From positions 1 through 64,000 of IMG/VR virus record IMGVR_UViG_3300021356_000010: a stretch of 64,000 nucleotides of DNA; one strand, given 5' to 3'. This stretch comes from a virus. Shown here one piece after another: positions 56,080 to 63,243 of the stretch. Within the stretch, counting starts at the first letter, position 1. Every line of letters starts with the position of its first letter. A program made the position numbers and the translations under genes. The notes beneath the pieces are model-generated. The model saw nothing but the letters and a program-made list of their open reading frames with translations, did no database searches and was not told the DNA's origin.

Positions 56080-56317
56080 TGTTCTTCTTAGCGTTGATTT
56101 TTTCGTAGTTAAGGTTGCCATTGTATGTGTCATTGAACTTGACACACATTTCTTTGAGTGCGTTATCTTGTTTGGGCACTGGTTTGTGACCAACAGCACG
56201 CATTTGTCTCCACGTCTTTACTTTAGCATGAGGACGTTGAGCATAATAAAATGGTTCTAGTGCAGCATACTCTGCAACTGTGAGAGTATGGCGTGGTGGT
56301 AAAGAACCTTGTGTCAT
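56072..56317 (-). CDS. Early hypothetical protein
   Basis: ATGA overlap with the upstream gene. Confidence 0.7.
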   Translation of the reverse strand: MTQGSLPPRHTLTVAEYAALEPFYYAQRPHAKVKTWRQMRAVGHKPVPKQDNALKEMCVKFNDTYNGNLNYEKINAKKNND

Positions 56318-56496
56318 AAGTGAGTGTTTTCCATAAGGAGCATTTCATCGACAGTCATCTCAAGCTCTGCTGCCTTTAGTTCAAGATGATCACAGCATGT
56401 GTCATCATCGTGGAGATCAATCTCTTCCATATCTACAAACGCAGTGAGTTTGCCGAAGAGAAAATCAATGAAATCAGTGTCGTCTTTAGAAAACAT
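56314..56496 (-). CDS. Small acidic protein (MFSKDDTDFIDFLFGKL..., 60 aa)
   Basis: Internal start of the listed 122-aa ORF. Confidence 0.7.
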   Translation of the reverse strand: MFSKDDTDFIDFLFGKLTAFVDMEEIDLHDDDTCCDHLELKAAELEMTVDEMLLMENTHL

Positions 56497-56647
56497 TGGT
56501 CCAGCGTTCGTGTTGTACTTTGGTGATCTGTCCTGCATGTAGCATGTTATCACACACATTGCAGAAGATTTGGAACTTCTCCTCTCGGGAGAAGTTATGT
56601 TGAGCAGCAGTCTCTGCGATAACCTTGGTGACTTGTGCTTTGAGCAT
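56486..56647 (-). CDS. Early protein MLKAQVTKVI...EKFQIFCNVCDNML..GQITK...RWTNVF (53 aa)
   Basis: Manual translation; directly after a promoter and leader. Confidence 0.75.
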   Translation of the reverse strand: MLKAQVTKVIAETAAQHNFSREEKFQIFCNVCDNMLHAGQITKVQHERWTNVF

Positions 56648-56669
56648 GGTGTCTCTCGATTACTTTGTA

Positions 56670-56727
56670 ATTCTACCAGCACTCGGTAGGGTCAGGTGGG
56701 TCAGGCAGACAGTTCTGCAAGTGGTTG
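56670..56727 (-). promoter_or_regulatory. Early promoter: CAACCA-N10-TGTCTG, 30 nt, TAGAAT
   Basis: Degenerate copy of the repeated element. Confidence 0.6.
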
Positions 56728-56867
56728 TAGATGGCACTGTCATCAACACCATTCAGGTAAGCATGGTGTTTGCTGATGCCAAGAGAGCACCCCATCATCA
56801 CATCCATCAGGAATCGGATCTGAGAGGGAGTCAGGGGTACGTTAGCAGTCTCCATGGAGATCTCCAT
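56673..56867 (-). CDS. Early hypothetical protein
   Basis: 64-aa ORF. Confidence 0.6.
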   Translation of the reverse strand: MEISMETANVPLTPSQIRFLMDVMMGCSLGISKHHAYLNGVDDSAIYNHLQNCLPDPPDPTECW

Positions 56868-56913
56868 AGGTAAAAGGGGATAGAGGGGCGTTAGAGGCGC
56901 TTCTAGACGCCTC

Positions 56914-57150
56914 TCAGCAGGCGAGAGGAGAATAGTCGCTGCCCTGATACTCTTCAGTGTTGATGGCAGTCACTACAGCACCGTTGGCAATGTAGTTCTC
57001 AACCTCATAGCGCATCTCAGACTTGACCTTGGTAGCGAAGAAAGTCATCTCAGACTCAGAACCAGGATGCCAAACGACTTTCTTAACGAAACGCTTGCCA
57101 GTGCCAACGGGATAGTAGTCGATCTTGGTGGCGGAGGTGAAGAGTTGCAT
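56914..57150 (-). CDS. Early hypothetical protein
   Basis: 78-aa ORF after a promoter and leader. Confidence 0.75.
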   Translation of the reverse strand: MQLFTSATKIDYYPVGTGKRFVKKVVWHPGSESEMTFFATKVKSEMRYEVENYIANGAVVTAINTEEYQGSDYSPLAC

Positions 57151-57173
57151 TGGTGTCTCTCGATTACTTTGTA

Positions 57174-57231
57174 ATCATACAAGGCATCAGGGGAAGAATG
57201 GGTGCAGAGTGGGCGCTTTGACAGGTGGCAC
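57174..57231 (-). promoter_or_regulatory. Early promoter: GTGCCA-N10-CGCCCA, 30 nt, TATGAT
   Basis: Copy of the repeated element inside the 3' end of the methyltransferase gene. Confidence 0.65.
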
Positions 57232-57969
57232 AGCAGCGCGGATCCTGTCCGCAGCGATCTGATAATACTCCGCATCGGACTCCATGCCAATGAAATGACG
57301 ACCCAGTGCCACCGCAGCAACACCAGTAGAACCAGATCCCATACAGTTGTCCAGCACAGTGTCACCCTCATTAGAGTATGTTTTGATCAACCACTCCATC
57401 AGTGGCACAGGTTTCTGCGTGGGATGCACCTGTTGTTGAGCACTAAAGTCGCGTGAGATGTTGAGAATAGACTTAGGATACCGTGTTCCCTTGTTCTCAA
57501 ACTCTTTACGTGGTTTCATACCATATCCATGGTCATTCTTACGTCCCACATATCCTTCAGGGTTCTTACTCTTGCGAGCATATGGTTCTCCTACCTCCAT
57601 CTGTGGATTATATACTCCGCCTGGTTTCTTAGAGAACAACAATACATTCTCATGTGTCTTCATTGGTCTATACTTTGCAAGACCAGGAGATCCACACTTA
57701 TTCTTGTTCCACACCAATTCATATTTGAACCACTTGATCTTAGAACAGATCAACTGTGCAGAGAATGGTTGTGATCCAAACAGACACATCATGCCCTTGG
57801 GTTTAATGATGCGACCATATTGTTCCCACACGGCATCAAAATCCAATACTTCATCCCATTTGATGCTGGTGGTGCCGTATGGTGGGTCACAGCAAATAAA
57901 ATCGACTGATTCGTCTGGAATCTCACGCATGAGTTCCAGGCAGTCACCTAGTTGTAGATCAAAGGGCAT
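57187..57969 (-). CDS. DNA N6-adenine/N4-cytosine methyltransferase (beta class)
   Basis: GDCLELM, DPPYG (motif IV), HPTQKP, VLDNCMGSGSTG (motif I). Confidence 0.93.
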   Translation of the reverse strand: MPFDLQLGDCLELMREIPDESVDFICCDPPYGTTSIKWDEVLDFDAVWEQYGRIIKPKGMMCLFGSQPFSAQLICSKIKWFKYELVWNKNKCGSPGLAKYRPMKTHENVLLFSKKPGGVYNPQMEVGEPYARKSKNPEGYVGRKNDHGYGMKPRKEFENKGTRYPKSILNISRDFSAQQQVHPTQKPVPLMEWLIKTYSNEGDTVLDNCMGSGSTGVAAVALGRHFIGMESDAEYYQIAADRIRAAVPPVKAPTLHPFFP

Positions 57970-58561
57970 CGAAACCGTCATGAGCACTAATCTTTTTACG
58001 AACAGAATCTTTGTAGCATCCTACCAGAAAATCATACGCTTCGCTGTAGGTGCGTTGTACAGGGTTGGTGTTGTCCTTCCACTTGATCTGGAAGGGCAAG
58101 TTGTTACCATTGGCAGTGAGTTTGCTGAGAGACTTGAGTGAGGTGAGATGAACCTCATTGTTTGTCTTGTTCAGGGAGAGGATATAATAGTCACGATGAT
58201 TCTCCTTCCTGCCGTAGATAGACAGGGCATCTTGAAACTTCTTCCATGATGACACATTCAACTTGTCCTCAGGCAGATCAGTCAGAGCATACAGAATTGC
58301 TGCTTTAGAAGAGAAGTTGTCAGCAGCACTGCCATACTTGGATGACTTGATGTTGAAATAGTATCCAAAGATCTTAACATCCCACCAGCAACGCGGAGGT
58401 GGTTTGATAATGTTCTCCTCACCATACTTCTCAATCAACAGATCAATGATAGTATCCTCATCATCAATACTATTCACACGACCGTCTTCATGACTCTCAC
58501 TGACAGCGATAGCAATGCTGTTGAGATACTGAAGGACTTCAAGCAGTTTGGCAGGGAACAT
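57959..58561 (-). CDS. Putative type II restriction endonuclease
   Basis: EDGRVNS..DE, WWD....Y.FNIKSS (PD-(D/E)xK-like), RDYY.L, L.ANGNNLPFQI.W; overlaps the methyltransferase start by 11 nt. Confidence 0.6.
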   Translation of the reverse strand: MFPAKLLEVLQYLNSIAIAVSESHEDGRVNSIDDEDTIIDLLIEKYGEENIIKPPPRCWWDVKIFGYYFNIKSSKYGSAADNFSSKAAILYALTDLPEDKLNVSSWKKFQDALSIYGRKENHRDYYILSLNKTNNEVHLTSLKSLSKLTANGNNLPFQIKWKDNTNPVQRTYSEAYDFLVGCYKDSVRKKISAHDGFDAL

Positions 58562-58583
58562 GGTGCGTTGCTTTGATACAGAT

Positions 58584-58640
58584 AGTATGGCATAAAAAAG
58601 GGGCACCGTCAAGTGCCCCAACCAGTTGCTCAGTTGTCCC
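58584..58640 (-). promoter_or_regulatory. Composite site: GGGACA-N10-TGGTTG palindrome, terminator hairpin GGGGCAC/GTGCCCC + T6, and TTGACG-N17-CATACT promoter
   Basis: All elements read directly; the -35 box lies in the hairpin loop. Confidence 0.7.
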
Positions 58641-58788
58641 CATAGATGGGGATGATGTCAGTGCGACAGTGCTGCGTTTTGCTTATGTGCTGCTCCCACA
58701 GAGCGGCATCGTCCAAATTGTAAAAGATCGCTTCTTGGCGGCTCTTGCCCTTTTTCTTTGACTTCATCCAGACAACTGCGTACTTCAT
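58630..58788 (-). CDS. Small basic protein (MKYAVVWMK..KKG..RQEAIFY, 52 aa)
   Basis: Internal start of the listed 88-aa ORF. Confidence 0.7.
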   Translation of the reverse strand: MKYAVVWMKSKKKGKSRQEAIFYNLDDAALWEQHISKTQHCRTDIIPIYGDN

Positions 58789-58969
58789 TCCAATACTGGG
58801 GATAAACAATAATGTTAGCATAGTGACGACCCCACCGTGAGTTTGCACTCGTGGGAAGTGGGATGTCTTTGAAGCAAATACTAATGTAGTATTCACTTAT
58901 GAAAGAGATGTAACCACATGTGCCATGATAACACACTGGTTGGAGCAATTCAAAATCAGTCTGCTTCAT
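58658..58969 (-). CDS. Hypothetical protein (MKQTDFELLQPV.Y....GYISFI..YY.SIC)
   Basis: Internal start; its tail overlaps the next gene. Confidence 0.65.
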   Translation of the reverse strand: MKQTDFELLQPVCYHGTCGYISFISEYYISICFKDIPLPTSANSRWGRHYANIIVYPQYWNEVRSCLDEVKEKGQEPPRSDLLQFGRCRSVGAAHKQNAALSH

Positions 58970-59153
58970 CGAACAACTTCCGATCCTTATTCTCTGGTTT
59001 AGGGAGACGGAACATCTCCTTAAGATCATTTAGGTCATTTAATTGACGCTGCAAATTGTCAATCTGTGCCTGCAAGATCTGGAAGTTGTGATCGTTGTTG
59101 TTCTGCATCATCAGAACATTGTCCATTGCCTTCTTAAAGTCTTCTTCAGTCAT
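58956..59153 (-). CDS. Small coiled-coil protein (MTEEDFKK...)
   Basis: Internal start of the listed ORF. Confidence 0.7.
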   Translation of the reverse strand: MTEEDFKKAMDNVLMMQNNNDHNFQILQAQIDNLQRQLNDLNDLKEMFRLPKPENKDRKLFDEAD

Positions 59154-59157
59154 TGTA

Positions 59158-59442
59158 TCAGAAACGCTTTGGTAATTTAGCATACTGCCACTTCTTGACA
59201 AGTTCAGGATCATCAAGAAATGGATCGATCTCTCGATTGCCCATCATAAGATCGTAAAGACCACGAGCACGGCAGTATGCTTTCTCGTGGTATTCTATCA
59301 CATCATTGATGCAAGATAGCATCTCTTCATACGCTTGTCTGCTTGATACTTTATCATCTTGGAGGTAATCGTCGATAGCATCTTGCATACGACATTTGCG
59401 TTGCTTTTCATAAGTGTTGTCAGGTCCAAGATCAATGGTCAT
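59158..59442 (-). CDS. Hypothetical protein (MTIDLGPDNTYEKQRK...)
   Basis: Internal start overlapping the upstream stop. Confidence 0.7.
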   Translation of the reverse strand: MTIDLGPDNTYEKQRKCRMQDAIDDYLQDDKVSSRQAYEEMLSCINDVIEYHEKAYCRARGLYDLMMGNREIDPFLDDPELVKKWQYAKLPKRF

Positions 59443-59626
59443 AGTGGAATTCCTGGTTGCGTCGTTCATCAAGGTAGCGTAGAACATCATCACGCCATTC
59501 CATCAATTCATGATAACATGACTGATTGTGAGCACACTGGCGCAGTTGATGATCTGGTTTAAGAACAGACTCATAAAACAGACCTAGTGCATCCCTGCGT
59601 TTTTCGTGCTTCTCTGGCGTGTTCAT
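59432..59626 (-). CDS. Conserved small cyanophage protein
   Basis: LF.ESV.KPD..LR.CAHNQ.CY.ELMEWR motif. Confidence 0.8.
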   Translation of the reverse strand: MNTPEKHEKRRDALGLFYESVLKPDHQLRQCAHNQSCYHELMEWRDDVLRYLDERRNQEFHYDH

Positions 59627-59868
59627 GTTAGTTTAGCGTTGTACAATGTATTTTAGATGGTTGTGTGAGGAAATCTGTATAATATCAGACTTTCTTAATA
59701 TTGCTCACCATCTCGTGCTTTAGCAGGACTGTGAGCAAGATCGACAAATGCCATTGCCAACTCAGAATAGTCATTGGGAACAGCAACAGCAAACAAACCT
59801 GATGCTGCCACGCACAAACACGTCGTCCAGAAATGCCTCATGATGACTGGGAGATCACTACCCCACAA

Positions 59869-60156
59869 TTATACACCAGATGGACCCCATCCGTCGTTCT
59901 CAGGGACAGTATCATCATCGTCCAATCGATCAACGGATGCAATGTCACACACTGGCACCTCATGCTCACCACCAATGATATACCAGTGCATCATTTGTCC
60001 ATGGTATTCTGGATGTGCCTGAAAATCTTCGGGATAGACACGCTCACCGCAATACATAATCTCACTTTCTGGAATATTGTGTTCGCGTAACATTGCTTGC
60101 AGCTGCATGTGCATCAACTCGGGTTGCGTAGGAACTTTCATTAGATCTCCATTCAC
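59869..60156 (-). CDS. Hypothetical protein
   Basis: MKVPT..EL.HMQLQAMLR, HWY.IG..H.VPV.DI. Confidence 0.7.
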   Translation of the reverse strand: MNGDLMKVPTQPELMHMQLQAMLREHNIPESEIMYCGERVYPEDFQAHPEYHGQMMHWYIIGGEHEVPVCDIASVDRLDDDDTVPENDGWGPSGV

Positions 60157-60598
60157 GTCTCATTTCTTGGTAGGTTTTATCATAGGCAGCCAAGTCTCTA
60201 ACCTCTTTAAATACGGCAGCAGCCTTGGACTTTTCATTGGTTCGCCAATCTTTCTCTTGGGGTCTGACTTCACCAGAAACTTTATCGTACTTCCTTCCAC
60301 TGGCATGATTAGCATACCTACGGGCTCTCGTAAAACCCATCTCCAGGAATTTCCTCGCCATGTCCATACCAATGAAGTCTCCTTTGGTTTTAAATCCAAG
60401 GAACATTTGGTATATCTTAGCAGAAGAGTCGCGAGCAGTAGCTTCATCTACAAAGCGCCAATGAGCGCAAATGTCGTTAGTGTAAGGGCGTACCAGTAGC
60501 ACTCCTTGCTCTCCCCTTCCAATACGATAAAGTTTGCGAGTCTCTGCGTCTGTGAAGTCAAGGTCCTCATAATTGAGTTCATAACAAAATTCGAGCAT
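60062..60598 (-). CDS. DUF4385-like protein
   Basis: YRIGRGEQGVL.V.PY, DFIGMDMARKFLEMGFTRARRYANH..GRKY. Confidence 0.85.
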   Translation of the reverse strand: MLEFCYELNYEDLDFTDAETRKLYRIGRGEQGVLLVRPYTNDICAHWRFVDEATARDSSAKIYQMFLGFKTKGDFIGMDMARKFLEMGFTRARRYANHASGRKYDKVSGEVRPQEKDWRTNEKSKAAAVFKEVRDLAAYDKTYQEMRREWRSNESSYATRVDAHAAASNVTRTQYSRK

Positions 60599-60610
60599 GG
60601 GTCACCACTG

Positions 60611-60649
60611 GTGCTCTGCTACCATAACATGCTGTCAGAGCACTGTCAA
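60611..60649 (-). promoter_or_regulatory. sigma70-type promoter TTGACA-N17-TATGGT overlapped by an 8-bp inverted repeat (gtgctctg/cagagcac)
   Basis: tgtcaa at 60644-60649, accata at 60621-60626. Confidence 0.65.
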
Positions 60650-61266
60650 GCCCATCTAGGACCAACGACCCATCCAACCAGTGACCTTCTACATCCAGAC
60701 TTGACTTTTCTCACTCTGTGCATTGTTCTAGCATCAAAGACAATCATTCTACCTCTTGCCTTTGGAGCAGTCATTAATTTACCAGCATCCAAAAACTGTA
60801 ACTCGCCACCATCATAATCATTAGGACCAGACAGTTGCAATGAGAATGCTAACTTTCTCACATACTCATGCTCTACAAACGATTCATTAGATGATTGGTT
60901 GTACTTAGAACTAGGAACAAAGTTTGGAGTAAATTCTGTATAGAGGTGCTGATCTGGATGCCAGTGATAGAACTGACCCTTATTGTACTCAGTATATTGA
61001 ATCATCTCAGTATCAAAAGACGTTATGTTGAATCTAAAGTTACGTCTATTTGCTGCTTGAATCCAATACCAGATCATTGGTCCAACCCAAACATCAGTTG
61101 GAATATAAGAAACCAATGAATCTCTTTGAGTATTAAGATGCCCTACCTCTCCATCTGGTTTGAATACAGTGCCGTCTTTGACAGGATAATCATGTGCTAA
61201 TTTTATAATCTCACTAACTACCACATCAGGTAGTTTTGTATCAAATTCAACTGCAAAGTCTGCCAT
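60646..61266 (-). CDS. 2OG-Fe(II) oxygenase, prolyl-4-hydroxylase-like
   Basis: QYTEY..GQFYHWHPD, RKL.FS.QLS...DYDGGEL, HRV.KV.SG.R.SLVGW..GP; clear paralogue of 5315..5944. Confidence 0.9.
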   Translation of the reverse strand: MADFAVEFDTKLPDVVVSEIIKLAHDYPVKDGTVFKPDGEVGHLNTQRDSLVSYIPTDVWVGPMIWYWIQAANRRNFRFNITSFDTEMIQYTEYNKGQFYHWHPDQHLYTEFTPNFVPSSKYNQSSNESFVEHEYVRKLAFSLQLSGPNDYDGGELQFLDAGKLMTAPKARGRMIVFDARTMHRVRKVKSGCRRSLVGWVVGPRWA

Positions 61267-62066
61267 TAAATCTCCTCAAAATCATATACACACATTGAAT
61301 CAAATTCAACTCTTTCGATTGCTTTATCAACCCACAGATATTTCAACGTGCCATGTTGCATTCTGGGGCAATTATCAATAATGAAATCATGGGTCTCTTG
61401 AGTGATGATCTCGTCAGTCAATAATGCATTATAGAATGCTCTCTTTTTACTGAGATAATGTCTCTCATCTCTTCCCATTGCAACATCAGCGGTGTCTATT
61501 CTATATGGTGTGTTGTCATGAATGTGAATTGAAAATCTATTGTCATCTGTTAGATCAAACCACCACTTTGAATGGAAGAATCCAAAGTGTTTAATGACAG
61601 ATTTTCTAATTTTTTCAAAGTTTTCATAATCTGCAAATTCTTCCATGTGTTCAATTTCTTTCGTTCCCATACCCATACCCAAATACTTTGGAGTACCATC
61701 AGGAAGAAAATACACATTATTGCCTGCCATTCTAATACCTTTGTCACGCAATGATGCTAGTGCTACTGGTTCTGTGCTCATGTTAAGAATTTCTCTCACC
61801 CTAGAGTCATATTGAAATGCAGCAAAAGAAAGTTCATAACCATATACTTCTTCTAAGTTTGGAGTATAAAACTTCTTCACACCATCAATTTGTTTTCTGG
61901 CAATATGAACAATTGATTCCAATTGTTTCATTGTTTCCAAACAAGCGTCTGGAACAGATTCATTCGTCATAGAAATGTATCTGTAGGGTGTCATCTTAGC
62001 GTAAGAGATCTTCTCTTGTGTATCCAAATTGAAGATATTAAACCCTCTATGATAATCTTTCTGCAT
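61266..62066 (-). CDS. Hypothetical protein (266 aa) inside the oxygenase array
   Basis: Long ORF, translationally coupled. Confidence 0.75.
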   Translation of the reverse strand: MQKDYHRGFNIFNLDTQEKISYAKMTPYRYISMTNESVPDACLETMKQLESIVHIARKQIDGVKKFYTPNLEEVYGYELSFAAFQYDSRVREILNMSTEPVALASLRDKGIRMAGNNVYFLPDGTPKYLGMGMGTKEIEHMEEFADYENFEKIRKSVIKHFGFFHSKWWFDLTDDNRFSIHIHDNTPYRIDTADVAMGRDERHYLSKKRAFYNALLTDEIITQETHDFIIDNCPRMQHGTLKYLWVDKAIERVEFDSMCVYDFEEI

Positions 62067-62068
62067 TG

Positions 62069-62587
62069 TTATACTAGCTCCAGTTTCCAGGCTACAGTCT
62101 TACGCAATCCGCCAAATGTTCTTGTAGGTTCTTCAGCAAAGTGTTTGATTTGACCAGGGAAATATACTGCTTTATTTATTTCTGGGGTGACCCAAACTGG
62201 TCCATTGTCAAACAAGAAGCATGTCTTACCATTCCATCGAACATCCCATGCACCATTAGCATACCACAATAGAGTTCTTGCTTTTTCATCAAATCCATCT
62301 ACATGTGGTTGCCCACCTAATCCATATGTCTGACCATTAGCATAAACTGATATCACTTTAAAGTCATCACCAGTTGCTTTACGTATTGGTTCAAGTAAAG
62401 TCTCTGTAAAGAGTTTATCTCTTCCAAGTTGCATTATCCAAAATGGTGGAGCATTTATATTACCTGATCCAGAGACATGTCCATATCTCCACTGTGGTCT
62501 TTCCAAGAAAACTTTAATAGATTCGCAATGCTCTTCAGAAAACATATTTCTAAAGATACGAATATCATCTGGACTAAAATTGTGCAT
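62069..62587 (-). CDS. 2OG-Fe(II) oxygenase
   Basis: YANGQT.G..G.PHVD, TLL.Y.N..W...W.G.T, FPG...H, R.T.AWK. Confidence 0.85.
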   Translation of the reverse strand: MHNFSPDDIRIFRNMFSEEHCESIKVFLERPQWRYGHVSGSGNINAPPFWIMQLGRDKLFTETLLEPIRKATGDDFKVISVYANGQTYGLGGQPHVDGFDEKARTLLWYANGAWDVRWNGKTCFLFDNGPVWVTPEINKAVYFPGQIKHFAEEPTRTFGGLRKTVAWKLELV

Positions 62588-63227
62588 ATTCTCGTATCAA
62601 TTGATATCTTGTCCTTTCAAGATCAGCAACAAGCTCCACGTCTCTAAGTTTATCATAGTTTTTGATAATTGTCATTGAATAGTCATTGACAATCTCTCTA
62701 ATTCTACTATCAGAAATCACTGACTCCATCCACAATACCATGACCCTTCTCTCACCAGAAGTAACTTCATTGACTTTGTGATAGACACCAGTTGGATATG
62801 CTACACAAGATCCTGCAGGTAGTTTGTATTCAATTTCTTTGCCACCAACATTCAATACCAACTCTCCTCCCTCATATTCATCTGGATCATTGAGAAAGAG
62901 CGACAGACTATAATCTGTTCTCACTTCATTCATGCAATAAAAATCATTATGATATTTGTAATGCATACCCTCTGTATATCTGAGAAACATAGGGATAGTA
63001 GTAGCTCTAGGAACTAGAACGTAATTCAATTGTTCAGACTTTTTTATCTGACTATCAGCATACTCACACAACCTAGGACCATGAACAGAATCTTGTATCT
63101 GTTCATTCCATTTTATAGACTTGTCATCAGAACCAGTGACAGACCCATCCACAAAGTCACAGATTTTGTAGTATTCATTTATGGTATCAAGTTGGGTTTC
63201 GCTTAAAACTTTAATAGTATAGATCAT
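62574..63227 (-). CDS. PKHD-type (PiuC/YbiX-like) 2OG-Fe(II) hydroxylase
   Basis: Y.YHND......RTD.S.SLFL.DP.EYEGGEL, KL.AG....YP....H.V..VTSGER...V.W.ES. Confidence 0.88.
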   Translation of the reverse strand: MIYTIKVLSETQLDTINEYYKICDFVDGSVTGSDDKSIKWNEQIQDSVHGPRLCEYADSQIKKSEQLNYVLVPRATTIPMFLRYTEGMHYKYHNDFYCMNEVRTDYSLSLFLNDPDEYEGGELVLNVGGKEIEYKLPAGSCVAYPTGVYHKVNEVTSGERRVMVLWMESVISDSRIREIVNDYSMTIIKNYDKLRDVELVADLERTRYQLIREYAQF

Positions 63228-63243
63228 TATAATGTCAATAAGT

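Larger units (their letters stand above)
56648..57175 (-). repeat. 24-nt direct repeat ggtgtctctcgattactttgtaat at 56648-56671 and 57152-57175 (duplicated early leader)
   Basis: Exact match seen in the sequence; each copy joins a -10 box to an ATG. Confidence 0.85.

Noticed and set aside
56314-56682. The listed 122-aa ORF as a single gene
   Set aside because: Better explained by two genes (56486..56647 and 56314..56496) following the promoter at 56670
49034-58640. Reading the repeated palindromes as CRISPR repeats, integron attC sites, or NtcA/CRP boxes
   Set aside because: Spacing is irregular and gene-sized, the spacer length does not fit NtcA or CRP, there is no cas or integrase gene in the window, and the fixed distance to -10 boxes points to promoters
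59695-59841. 48-aa minus-strand ORF with a hydrophobic N-terminus
   Set aside because: It fills a gap but has no RBS or motif support; left uncalled
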